A DNA stretch of 64,000 bases from Nitrosopumilaceae archaeon. Lineage in GTDB: Archaea; Thermoproteota; Nitrososphaeria; Nitrososphaerales; Nitrosopumilaceae. This document shows, piece after piece, positions 44,644-54,001 of this stretch; the first letter of the stretch is position 1; each line of letters starts with the position of its first letter. A program made the translations under genes and the position numbers. The stretch spans positions 160,001 through 224,000 of the forward strand of contig CBDATR010000034.1 in NCBI GenBank assembly GCA_965200155.1, in the 5' to 3' direction. The notes below the pieces were generated by a model. The model did no database searches, had not been told where the DNA came from, and was given only the letters and a program-made list of their open reading frames with translations.

Positions 44644-45918
44644 ATGGGCGCCAAAACTCACGATGTTGTAGGACTAAATTCGAAAATGGTGGGCCAGAGT
44701 GTGGTACTGGGAGGATGGATCGAGGATCTCCGAAAAATGGGCAAGATGACCTTTGCCACACTGCGTGACGCGTCCGGACGCTGCCAGGTCATAGCCAAGG
44801 GCGAGGCTGCCGTAAAGATGGATGAGATAAGCAGACAGAGCGTGGTCTTGGTAGAGGGCGTGATACAGGATACCCGGGCCCGGGACTTTGAGTTTGAGAT
44901 TGCCGCAAACACCATAACTCTGCTGAGTCCTGCCGTTCATCCATTACCGGTTGATCCCATGGGCAGACTGGAGAGCAATATAGACACGCGATTAAATCAC
45001 AGGGCCCTTGATATGAGGAATCCAAAGACCGCGGCCATATTTCGCATGCGACATGTTGCATTACAGTCCATACGCCGGACACTCTCTGATCAGTTCACCG
45101 AGATAACCACCCCCAAGGTAATAGGCAGTGCCAGCGAGGGTGGCGCCGATTTGTTCTCCTTGGAGTATTTCGGGAGAACGGCGTATCTGGCGCAGAGTCC
45201 ACAGCTGTACAAGGAGCAGATGACGCTGGGCTTGGAGCGGGTATTTGAGGTCTCGAGTTTTTACAGGGCGGAGAACTCGCATACGGGCCGCCACTTAACG
45301 GAGTTTACCAGTGTTGATGTGGAGGCTGCCTTTATGGATTATAATGACGTCATGAATGTCTTGGAGACTCTTGTGGTGCAGGTGTATCAGGATGTATCCA
45401 CGCAGTGCTCTGCGGATCTGGAGTTACGGAATCACACACTGGATGTACCATCAGGTCCCTTTGATGTAATCACGTATAGTGATGCCATAAATGATCTGGC
45501 ACGTGACGGTATAGAGCTGGAGTTTGGCGATGATCTCCAGGATTCACACCTGCATATACTGGGCAAGCGCCATCCGGGATTCTTCTTTTTGACCGACTGG
45601 CCGCTTAAACTAAAGCCCTTTTATATAATGGGGAAGAACGGTGAGCTCTCCGAGTCCTTTGACTTGCAGTATGGGTATCTGGAGTTGTCCTCGGGCGGAA
45701 CGCGACTGCACGATCCTGATATCATAAAGACACGATTGCGGGAGCAGGACCTGAGTCCGGACAACTTCCAGAATCACCTGGACACATTCTGCTGGGGAAT
45801 GCCACCTCATGCGGGATGGGGTCTTGGCATGGACAGGTTGATGACTATTCTGTCGGGCGCATCCAATGTCCGGGAGACAGTACTGTATCCCAGGGATCCC
45901 GACCGCCTCCTGCCCTGA
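44644..45918 (+). CDS. aspS: Archaeal aspartyl-tRNA synthetase (probably non-discriminating)
   Basis: AQSPQLYKE, YRAENSHTGRHLTEF, GMPPHAGWGLG, YPRDP. Confidence 0.95.
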   Translation: MGAKTHDVVGLNSKMVGQSVVLGGWIEDLRKMGKMTFATLRDASGRCQVIAKGEAAVKMDEISRQSVVLVEGVIQDTRARDFEFEIAANTITLLSPAVHPLPVDPMGRLESNIDTRLNHRALDMRNPKTAAIFRMRHVALQSIRRTLSDQFTEITTPKVIGSASEGGADLFSLEYFGRTAYLAQSPQLYKEQMTLGLERVFEVSSFYRAENSHTGRHLTEFTSVDVEAAFMDYNDVMNVLETLVVQVYQDVSTQCSADLELRNHTLDVPSGPFDVITYSDAINDLARDGIELEFGDDLQDSHLHILGKRHPGFFFLTDWPLKLKPFYIMGKNGELSESFDLQYGYLELSSGGTRLHDPDIIKTRLREQDLSPDNFQNHLDTFCWGMPPHAGWGLGMDRLMTILSGASNVRETVLYPRDPDRLLP

Positions 45919-45958
45919 TGCATCACCATTATAACAGGCCGTCTGTATATAATGGGAA

Positions 45959-46204
45959 ATGCTGGACAGAGATGATGCCAAAAAGGTGGCAGAAGCACTA
46001 GCGCAGGAGCTCTATGGGGTATCCAAGAATCAAAAGAATTTTGCCGGACTGCCCGACAAGTACTGGGGCTATTATGCCCGGGGGCGGCACAAGGAGGGGG
46101 TATTTGGCATGATTGTCATGTACTCTGAATCCGGCGACGACATTGATAATATCATGAAGCAGCACGAAAAGTGGCTCTCGGAGAATACTAGCGCGTCTCC
46201 ATGA
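45959..46204 (+). CDS. Hypothetical protein
   Basis: 81-aa ORF, TTG start with upstream TATA-like box. Confidence 0.5.
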   Translation: MLDRDDAKKVAEALAQELYGVSKNQKNFAGLPDKYWGYYARGRHKEGVFGMIVMYSESGDDIDNIMKQHEKWLSENTSASP

Positions 46205-46319
46205 GGAGGCGGCGGTCACGCTGGCACTGCTTGCATATGGGCTTGCCCTTGTACGCGGGGTTCCCGTTCCTGATTCTGCCGGTACCGGGTTTGTCCTTGC
46301 ATATGACACAATTCGCCAT
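46188..46319 (-). CDS. 43-aa zinc-finger microprotein
   Basis: MANCVICK...ICKQCQRDRR; ATG overlaps the leuB stop (TAATG). Confidence 0.7.
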   Translation of the reverse strand: MANCVICKDKPGTGRIRNGNPAYKGKPICKQCQRDRRLLMETR

Positions 46320-47371
46320 TATCCATCCGCCCACTGCCTGGTATTTCTACCTGTCCTTATACGTTCTATTATTTTGTGGGTGAATTCCTCAGTGCTTAGC
46401 TTGCCGCCAATATCTCTTGTGCAAAGACCGCTACCCACTACATGACAAATGACCGATTCCAGTAATGAGGCTGCACTATTGCAATTCTCGTCATTATTAG
46501 TAGTTGCAAGCCACTGCAACATCATTACGATAGATAGCAGAAAGGAGCACGGATTTGCCCACCCTTTGCCAGCTATGTCAAAGGCGGCACCGTGTACGGG
46601 CTCGAACAGGGCAAAGTCATCGCCTATGTTGGCGGCCGGTGCCATGCCCAAACCCCCTGTCACCTGTGATGATTCATCCGATAGTATGTCACCAAACATG
46701 TTGGTAGTGACTATTACGTCAAACTGCTCCGGCTGCCGTATGAGATTCATGGCACATGCATCCACATACATGCTCTCAAATGTTATATCGGGATACTTTT
46801 GCGCCACCTTGCTACATGTATCATAAAAGAGGCCGTCGGTGACACGCATAACATTGGACTTGTGTACGCAGGTGACCTTCCTTGCGCTTCGTTGCATTGC
46901 CATCTTAAAGGCCTTTGTTGCTATGCGCCTGGACGCCTCATAAGTTATAATACGCAGGGCCGCGGCACCACCCTCCACCTCGAATTCCTTGCCCGTGTAT
47001 AGATCCTCGGTATTCTCGCGAACTATGACCATGTCAATGTCATTTCGCAGGCTGGCCACTCCCGGGTATGATCGCGCGGGCCGTATGTTGGCGTACAGGT
47101 CTAGCATGCGACGGAGGGCCACTATCACGTCCGCCGCAGACTCTCCAACCGGCGCCTTGAGACAGGCATCCGATTCCTTTATGATTTTAATGGTATCCTC
47201 GGGCAGCGCCTTGCCAGTGTCCTGCAGGGCGCCATCGCCAGCCTGAACCGGATGTACATTGAATACTATACCGGTGGTGGTCGAGAGCGCATCTAGTGCG
47301 GCAATCCCGGACTCTGAGAGTTCCGGCCCTATCCCGTCACCTGTGATTAGTGATATGTTGTACTCTCTCAT
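46319..47371 (-). CDS. leuB: Isopropylmalate/isocitrate dehydrogenase family, LeuB
   Basis: GDGIGPE, RENTEDLY, HKSNV, NMFGDILSD, EPVHG. Confidence 0.88.
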   Translation of the reverse strand: MREYNISLITGDGIGPELSESGIAALDALSTTTGIVFNVHPVQAGDGALQDTGKALPEDTIKIIKESDACLKAPVGESAADVIVALRRMLDLYANIRPARSYPGVASLRNDIDMVIVRENTEDLYTGKEFEVEGGAAALRIITYEASRRIATKAFKMAMQRSARKVTCVHKSNVMRVTDGLFYDTCSKVAQKYPDITFESMYVDACAMNLIRQPEQFDVIVTTNMFGDILSDESSQVTGGLGMAPAANIGDDFALFEPVHGAAFDIAGKGWANPCSFLLSIVMMLQWLATTNNDENCNSAASLLESVICHVVGSGLCTRDIGGKLSTEEFTHKIIERIRTGRNTRQWADG

Positions 47372-48882
47372 TAGTCCACCTCTGGACCGCGCATATTTTT
47401 CAGCATAAGCCGGTTGGCGCCATCCACCACTGCCTGCACGCTGGTAGTGACAATGTCCTTGCCCACCGACTTTGAGGATATGGCATTTCCCTGTGGATCC
47501 TCCACTCTTACGGTGACCTCACACAAGGCGGTGGAGCCCCCGGATATGGATGCCAGCTGATAGTCCTTTATTCTCATCTCAGAGGCGGCGCCGGTTATCT
47601 TTTGTATTGCATTAAGGGAAGCATCCACCGGTCCCACGCCATAGTCGGTCTCAGAGTAGTCCTTGCCGTCAATGTTCAGTTTCACAAAGGCATAGGGCAT
47701 GGTACCTATTCCCGTGGAGACAGAGAATCCTACAAGTCGTACAAGCCTACCAATGTGGCTGTCCCCCATTATGTCATTAGATATTGCCAATAATTCCACC
47801 TCCGTTACAAGCTTGCCCTGATCCCCCATCTTCTTTACCTGTGATAGTATGTCCCTGGACTGCTGCTCTGTCGGTTTAATTCCATACTCCTCCAGTATGG
47901 CGTTGGTTCCGTGAAGTCCTGCATGCTTGCCCACCCGAAGCCACCTCTTTCTGCCTACAAGTTCCGGCCCTATGGGCTCGTACGTCAGGGGGTTACTCAG
48001 TATGCCATGTGTATGAATGCCCGACTCGTGCCCGAATGCATTGTCTCCCACTATGGCCTTGTTGGGCTGCACCTGCATGCCCGCGACCTGTGATATGAAG
48101 CGGGATGTCTCGTATATTTTCTTGGTCTCTATGCCTGTCTCATATGACTCGTCGTGCTGCAGGCACTTTAGCGCCATTACAAGCTCCTCCAGCGAGGCGT
48201 TCCCGGCCCTCTCCCCTATGCCGTTTATGGTTACATGGGCGCAGGATGCCCCTGCCTGTATCCCCGACAATGAATTGGCTACCGCCAGGCCAAAATCATT
48301 ATGGCAGTGAACCGATACGGGCAGGCCCGATGCTTCTATGGCATCGGCAGTTATTTTGGCGATATACTGTGGCGTGGAGTAGCCAACAGTATCCGGTATG
48401 TCTATGCGGTCCGCTCCCGCGGCAGCTACAGCAGAGAATACCTTGCTTAGATACTCCCTGTCCGTGCGGGTTGCATCCTCCGCGGAGAACTCTACCTGCA
48501 GTCCCCGGGATTTCGCATACTCTACGGCCTCTACAGCCTTGGTTAGTGCCGTATCACGGTCCATCTTTAGCTTGTATTCCAGGTGCATATCTGAGGTTGC
48601 AATGAAGGCATGCGCGTAATTCAAGCCCGCGTCCACTATCGCGTCAATGTCCCGGCTATTGGCGCGGGCCAATCCGCACACATCACAGGAGAGCCCGGCC
48701 TCGGATATGCGTCGTACTGCGTCCATCTCACCCTGTGATATGACTGGAAATCCCGCCTCTATGACATCAACACCCAGCCGGTCCAGCCTCTTGGCTATGT
48801 CCAGCTTCTGGGGCGGCGAGAGGGATATTCCAGGTGTCTGTTCCCCGTCCCTGAGTGTGGTATCGAATATACGTATCCTCAT
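47371..48882 (-). CDS. leuA: 2-isopropylmalate (or citramalate) synthase
   Basis: DTTLRDGEQ, HCHND, GIGERAGN, HESGIH; C-terminal regulatory domain GVGPVDA. Confidence 0.88.
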   Translation of the reverse strand: MRIRIFDTTLRDGEQTPGISLSPPQKLDIAKRLDRLGVDVIEAGFPVISQGEMDAVRRISEAGLSCDVCGLARANSRDIDAIVDAGLNYAHAFIATSDMHLEYKLKMDRDTALTKAVEAVEYAKSRGLQVEFSAEDATRTDREYLSKVFSAVAAAGADRIDIPDTVGYSTPQYIAKITADAIEASGLPVSVHCHNDFGLAVANSLSGIQAGASCAHVTINGIGERAGNASLEELVMALKCLQHDESYETGIETKKIYETSRFISQVAGMQVQPNKAIVGDNAFGHESGIHTHGILSNPLTYEPIGPELVGRKRWLRVGKHAGLHGTNAILEEYGIKPTEQQSRDILSQVKKMGDQGKLVTEVELLAISNDIMGDSHIGRLVRLVGFSVSTGIGTMPYAFVKLNIDGKDYSETDYGVGPVDASLNAIQKITGAASEMRIKDYQLASISGGSTALCEVTVRVEDPQGNAISSKSVGKDIVTTSVQAVVDGANRLMLKNMRGPEVD

Positions 48883-49373
48883 GCCCCACTCCTTTGGAGA
48901 GCGACTATTCCGGTTGTGGCCATCTCTATTATGCCAAACTTTTTCGCCAACTCCTCAAAGGCGCGTATCTGAGATGGCGTAGCAGTAAGCTCCGCCATTA
49001 TGGAGTCCTGCTTGGTGTCATGAGCCTTGGCTCCATATGCCTTTATCAACTGGTTTATCTCCATGCTCTCCTGGGCGTTGGATATTCGTATCTTGAATAT
49101 GGCCAGTTCCCGGTATACGGTCTTGTGCTGATCAAGGCGCCTTACCTCGACGGTGTCTATCATCTTTTCTAGCTGCTTGCCTATCTGGGTAATCTGTTTT
49201 ATGTCCCCATATGCGGTGATGGTCATTCTTGATAGTTCCGGGTTCTCTGTTACTCCGACAGCGATGGTGTCTATGTTGAAGTTGCGGGCCCTGAACATGT
49301 GAGTTACCTTAAAGAGTATACCCGGCCTGTTTTCCACTAGAATAGAAAATATTGCCCATTCCATACGCATCAC
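48879..49373 (-). CDS. ilvH: Acetolactate synthase small subunit
   Basis: ACT domain VENRPGIL...RNFNI. Confidence 0.93.
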   Translation of the reverse strand: MMRMEWAIFSILVENRPGILFKVTHMFRARNFNIDTIAVGVTENPELSRMTITAYGDIKQITQIGKQLEKMIDTVEVRRLDQHKTVYRELAIFKIRISNAQESMEINQLIKAYGAKAHDTKQDSIMAELTATPSQIRAFEELAKKFGIIEMATTGIVALQRSGA

Positions 49374-51058
49374 GAAGGCAGTATCATGTCCTTGAGTGGT
49401 GTTCCCGGAGCTACAAAGGGTAGCACATCCTCTTCCGGATCTATTGGAATATCTATTACAGTGGCCACATCGCTATTCAGGGCTGCGCGGATGGCCTTGT
49501 CCAGCTCCTCCATGGACTGGGCCCGTATCCCCTGTGCCCCATAGGACTCGGCCAGTTTCACATAGTCGGGGCAGCGACCCTGATCCACGCCTACCATTCG
49601 CCTGCCAAAGAATGTTCTCTGCCACTGGGCCACCATACCCAGGCTGTAATTATTTATCAGAAACACGATAACGGGTATGTCTTCTAGTACGGAGGTGGCA
49701 AGAGAGTTCTCCGTCATGTTAAAGCTGCCATCACCGGCTATGTCCACTACGTGTACGTTTGGTCGGGCCACCTTGGCCCCTATGGCTGCAGGAAAGCCCC
49801 ATCCCATGGTACCAAGACCGGTAGAGCTAAAGAATGTGCCCGGCGATATCACATCAAAGAATAGTGACGCCCACATCTGGTGCTGTCCCACCTCTGTGGT
49901 CACTACGGAGTCTGCGGGAAGCAGCTCCCGTAACTTTCGCAGTATCTTTGCCGCTCCCAGCTCTCCGGGGTGTATCTTGAGGTTCTCCTTCCAGTAGGCG
50001 CGCATATCCCTTGCGTGTCTCAGCCACTCTCCCTTGTCATCGGGATTGATCTTTGTACTCTGTAGTAACCTGAGCATGACCCGCAGGGATGCCTTCAGGT
50101 CGCCTACCACCGCGACCCTGGTGGTCTGGTTCTTTCCTATCTCTGCCGGGTCCACGTCCATGTGAATAATGGTGCGCCTGTTCTCAAAGTCCGCAAAGGT
50201 GCCCACTGATCTATCCGAAAAGCGTGTCCCTATTGCCAGTACGCAGTCTGATTCTGACATTATCTTGTTGGCTTCCGCGTGGCCGTGCATGCCTATGGGA
50301 CCCATGGACAGGGGGTGATTCTCCGGAAATGCACCCTTGCCCTTAAACGTGGTAACTACCGGTAGCGAGAGAAGCTCTGCCAGGGCCTGCAGCTCCGCAA
50401 AGGCCGATGATATTATGGCGCCTCCACCGGCCAGTATGACCGGCTTGTTTGATCTCACCAAGGCCTGAATGGCCCGCTCCACGTTGTCAATGTCCGGATC
50501 CATCCATGGGTTATAGCCCCTGATCTTTACCTGATCCGTCATTGTGATATCTGCCTCGCCGGTCTGTACATCCTTGGGTATGTCTATAAGAACGGGACCT
50601 GGCCGCCCGGTGGATGCTATGTAGAACCCCTTTTGCACCGACACTGGCACCTCTTCTACAGTGCGGGGCTGGAACGCATACTTGACTACCGGATTTGCCA
50701 TACCTATTATGTCGCTCTCCTGAAACGCATCCTTCCCTATCATGTTTACCGGTACCTGGCCAGTCACCGCTACCATGGGTGCCGAGTCTGCTTGCGCCGT
50801 GGCTATTCCGGTAAGTATGTTAGTGGCACCGGGCCCTGATGTGGCAAAGCACACTCCTGGTCTCCTGCTTACCCTGCCATACCCGTCGGCCATGTGTGAC
50901 GCGGATTGCTCATGGCGCACCAGAATGTGCCGTATGTCACACCTGTTGAATTCATCATACATGGGAAGGTTGGCTCCCCCGGGAAGGCCAAATACCTCCT
51001 TGACCCCCTCCCGTTCTAGGGCGGTCATAAGCGACTTGGCACCTGTCATATTGCTCAT
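49370..51058 (-). CDS. ilvB: Acetolactate synthase large subunit
   Basis: FGLPGG, RHEQ, TSGPGATN, GDGSF TPP motif; GGAGG upstream of 51058. Confidence 0.95.
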   Translation of the reverse strand: MSNMTGAKSLMTALEREGVKEVFGLPGGANLPMYDEFNRCDIRHILVRHEQSASHMADGYGRVSRRPGVCFATSGPGATNILTGIATAQADSAPMVAVTGQVPVNMIGKDAFQESDIIGMANPVVKYAFQPRTVEEVPVSVQKGFYIASTGRPGPVLIDIPKDVQTGEADITMTDQVKIRGYNPWMDPDIDNVERAIQALVRSNKPVILAGGGAIISSAFAELQALAELLSLPVVTTFKGKGAFPENHPLSMGPIGMHGHAEANKIMSESDCVLAIGTRFSDRSVGTFADFENRRTIIHMDVDPAEIGKNQTTRVAVVGDLKASLRVMLRLLQSTKINPDDKGEWLRHARDMRAYWKENLKIHPGELGAAKILRKLRELLPADSVVTTEVGQHQMWASLFFDVISPGTFFSSTGLGTMGWGFPAAIGAKVARPNVHVVDIAGDGSFNMTENSLATSVLEDIPVIVFLINNYSLGMVAQWQRTFFGRRMVGVDQGRCPDYVKLAESYGAQGIRAQSMEELDKAIRAALNSDVATVIDIPIDPEEDVLPFVAPGTPLKDMILPS

Positions 51059-51088
51059 TATATCATAATCCTCCATAACTACTCAGTG

Positions 51089-51154
51089 GCGTGATTACTC
51101 ATCACGCTAAGGCAACACCAGCAACAAGGGGGTTGCAGGGACCATCATACTCAT
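51089..51154 (-). promoter_or_regulatory. Putative leader peptide (51107-51154, MSMMVPATPLLLVLP) plus hairpin (51089-51107)
   Basis: TTG TTG CTG GTG TTG codon run; 7-bp stem GCGTGAT/ATCACGC; TATA-like TTTATTAA about 51172-51179. Confidence 0.6.
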
Positions 51155-51197
51155 TGAACAATTAGTTGCTTTAATAAATTTTGGCATGTTGGGACTT

Positions 51198-51319
51198 GTA
51201 ACCGTTTAGGTCGCGTAAATCTAGACGATAAATCCGTGGGCATATGATGATAGAAAAGGCAAGAATGGATATGTTCGCGGTGTATTGAGTGGTTGTCTAG
51301 GAGTGAACTAAACGGTTAC
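51198..51319. mobile_element. MITE-B (IS66 family B ends)
   Basis: GTAACCGTTTAG...CTAAACGGTTAC; 9-bp TSD TTGGGACTT. Confidence 0.9.
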
Positions 51320-51396
51320 TTGGGACTTTGGTACAAACCGGATTTGTTGCTCTTTTACGCTGGGGTTATGGTGAATCCCAATCTGATATGTATGCG

Positions 51397-52176
51397 TTAG
51401 TGGCATGTACGGCAGTGATGGGACGAATCCATGTCATATTCATATACCATGTATGAATCCCCGGTACTTACTGCACGATACGACCAATTCTTGGACCACG
51501 GGGCAAGCATGAACTCTTTCTGCAAATCCGGGCGCAGGCGATTATACACGTCCATGCCCAGCAGTATTTGATCCGGTTTTGCGCGGGCCTCTATCTTTGC
51601 GGCCATATTCATGGAGCGGCCCATCATGTCCAGGTGCCTCCTCTCGCCCTTTCCATACTGTATTACTATATTCAGGCCATAATCTATTCCTATCTTGACT
51701 TGTAGCTCCGGAAAGTCATATTGGGTTAGTACCGGGTTTATGCCCCACTTTATCACCGGTAGCATGGTCTTGGCGCATGTCACTGCATCGTCCACCGACT
51801 GCCGTACACTGCTTCTCTTGCTTACAAAGTATCCTATAACTGCATCTCCCATGAATTTGAGTACCAGTCCGTGATTTTTTACTACAATAATGCCCATCTC
51901 TTGTACGAAGGTTGACATTATTGGGATTATGTTTGCGGGGGCCTGGTCCAGCGCCAATTGCGTTGATCCCACTAAATCTATATACAAAATGGCGGAGTTA
52001 AACCTTCTTGATACGTGCCTCCCCAGAAAATCCTCTGACTCCTCTATTATGCCTGAATAGTTGTATCCCCTTTTGAGGGCTGCATAAACACGAGTCTGTA
52101 TGTCCTGTATTGTGGTACCTGCATATATCTCAGTATCAAGAGTGATCCCTTTGGTATCAGGAGTCATCTCGATCAT
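51397..52176 (-). CDS. Class III adenylate/guanylate cyclase
   Basis: LYIDLVGST, KFMGDAV, IGID.G, NMAAKIE. Confidence 0.88.
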   Translation of the reverse strand: MIEMTPDTKGITLDTEIYAGTTIQDIQTRVYAALKRGYNYSGIIEESEDFLGRHVSRRFNSAILYIDLVGSTQLALDQAPANIIPIMSTFVQEMGIIVVKNHGLVLKFMGDAVIGYFVSKRSSVRQSVDDAVTCAKTMLPVIKWGINPVLTQYDFPELQVKIGIDYGLNIVIQYGKGERRHLDMMGRSMNMAAKIEARAKPDQILLGMDVYNRLRPDLQKEFMLAPWSKNWSYRAVSTGDSYMVYEYDMDSSHHCRTCH

Positions 52177-52180
52177 GCCT

Positions 52181-52288
52181 CTACTCCAACGGAAAATCTA
52201 TTCCACATTTGTCGCAACTCCCACGCATGCCTCTATAACTCTCATCATATCTATGCTTTATCGCGGCTCCGCAGTGATGACAGTACAT
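52181..52288 (-). CDS. About 35-aa zinc-ribbon microprotein
   Basis: MYCHHCG...GSCDKCGIDFPLE directly upstream of the cyclase. Confidence 0.6.
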   Translation of the reverse strand: MYCHHCGAAIKHRYDESYRGMRGSCDKCGIDFPLE

Positions 52289-52405
52289 GTGTATGATCAT
52301 TATGGTGATTCCATTATATAATACGCATGAGATTCTGTTCCTGTGCGTATAACTGTCGAAGGGCCTCTTGCCCCCCTGCACGGGGCTGTATCCGGTATAG
52401 AGGCA

Positions 52406-53173
52406 ATGTTCATGGATAAAATGAAACATGCGACAAAGACTGCTACCAGAACCGTAATGCTGGGTGATGCCACCGTTACGTCCCAGAGCACATTTGATCC
52501 CCGTCAGGTCAGTGACTTTTTCAAGACCGTTATGAAATCGCTCCCACAGTGGAGCACTCATGGGGTTACAATTACCAACAATGAGGACATACGGCGGGTG
52601 TTTGTCAAATTCCAGACTAACGTGGGCAAATATGTGCTATCGGGACATTTCTCTGTACAGTTTCATGTACTGCTGTATTATGTGCCAGATCAGCGTGTGG
52701 TGGACTGCCAAAAGGCTCTCTCAGAGACAATAGATGCCTCCAAGAGTGGCGAGGAGGATCTTGCCCGGATATCTGAGGAGGGAATGGTGAAGCATATGCG
52801 CTCACTGGGTTATGACAAGCTGGATACGCAGGATCTCTTTGAGATATTATATGAGAATGACGACATACGCGCCTCGCTGGAATCTCAACTGGAGGAGGGT
52901 CGTACTACAAAGATACGCCAGCTTCAACAGAGAAAGCGGGATTTATTCGAAGAGCTGGACAGCCTGCTGACCGAGGTGTATCAGTGCAGTGCAGTTCTAA
53001 TAGATGATGCTCGATTAGTTACCGGCGAGGAGGGGTGTCTTTGCACCTTTGATGTTGAGCTTGTGGAGGATGGGCGGCGCGTATCCATTCCGGAGAAACT
53101 GGATGCTGATACTATGGCATCATTGCAGGTGGGCCTGGCACAGGTTGCTGCGGCAATACGGGCTCAACTGTAA
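52406..53173 (+). CDS. Hypothetical protein
   Basis: Long ORF with coiled-coil centre; start uncertain. Confidence 0.7.
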   Translation: MFMDKMKHATKTATRTVMLGDATVTSQSTFDPRQVSDFFKTVMKSLPQWSTHGVTITNNEDIRRVFVKFQTNVGKYVLSGHFSVQFHVLLYYVPDQRVVDCQKALSETIDASKSGEEDLARISEEGMVKHMRSLGYDKLDTQDLFEILYENDDIRASLESQLEEGRTTKIRQLQQRKRDLFEELDSLLTEVYQCSAVLIDDARLVTGEEGCLCTFDVELVEDGRRVSIPEKLDADTMASLQVGLAQVAAAIRAQL

Positions 53174-53194
53174 TGACGGATTATACAAAATGTA

Positions 53195-53268
53195 TGGACC
53201 GAAGGGGATTTGAACCCCTGACCCCCCGCGTGCAAGGCGGGTATACTACCAGTCTATACTATCGGCCC
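53195..53268 (-). tRNA. tRNA-Ala(TGC)
   Basis: Cloverleaf, anticodon TGC, G3:U70 pair. Confidence 0.95.
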
Positions 53269-53346
53269 GTGTAATTACTGTGATTCATGGGAATTTTAAC
53301 TTATTCTCATAATGGTTTAATTTGGGGGGTCCCCGTGCATTCATTT

Positions 53347-53898
53347 ATGGTTCTATTAGAATCACAGATAGTACTAAAGACGGGTGATACTGCCCCGGAC
53401 TTTGAGCTGCGAGGAGTCGATGGCAATATGCATTCTACCAGTCAGTACAAGAAGGAGGGGCTGCTGGTTATTTTCATGTGCAATCACTGTCCCTACGTCA
53501 AGGCAAAAGTCGACGCTCTAAACGAGATATACGTCGCGTATGGAGACCGTATAGACATGGTGGGCATAAACAGCAATGATGCCGCTACGTATACAGAGGA
53601 CAGTTACGAGAACATGAAGAGTATGGCGCAGGAGAAGGGGTTCGGATTTGATTACCTGGTGGATGAGTCACAGGAGGTGGCAAAAAGATACGGTGCCATG
53701 TGTACACCGGATCCATACCTGTTTGACTCGAGTCACAGACTGGTCTTTCATGGACGCATAGATGATGCCCACGGCCCAGATAAACAGCCCACTGCAAAGA
53801 CCATGATGGATAACATAGGCCTGATGCTGGCGGGGTCTGTCATACCCAAGGACTTTGATCCGTCTATTGGCTGTTCCATAAAATGGAAGCAAAACTAA
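53347..53898 (+). CDS. Thioredoxin-family (AhpC/TSA) protein
   Basis: FMCNHCPYV, CTPDPYLFD, SIGCSIKWK. Confidence 0.9.
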   Translation: MVLLESQIVLKTGDTAPDFELRGVDGNMHSTSQYKKEGLLVIFMCNHCPYVKAKVDALNEIYVAYGDRIDMVGINSNDAATYTEDSYENMKSMAQEKGFGFDYLVDESQEVAKRYGAMCTPDPYLFDSSHRLVFHGRIDDAHGPDKQPTAKTMMDNIGLMLAGSVIPKDFDPSIGCSIKWKQN

Positions 53899-53926
53899 AA
53901 AGACACTTTTTGCGTAACTAGTGATA

Positions 53927-54001
53927 GGGCTCGTAGCTCAGCTTGGCTGGAGCGTTCGACTGATAATCGAAAGGTCGTGAGTTCGAATCTCACCGGGCCC
54001 A
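53927..54001 (+). tRNA. tRNA-Ile(GAT)
   Basis: Cloverleaf, anticodon GAT. Confidence 0.95.
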
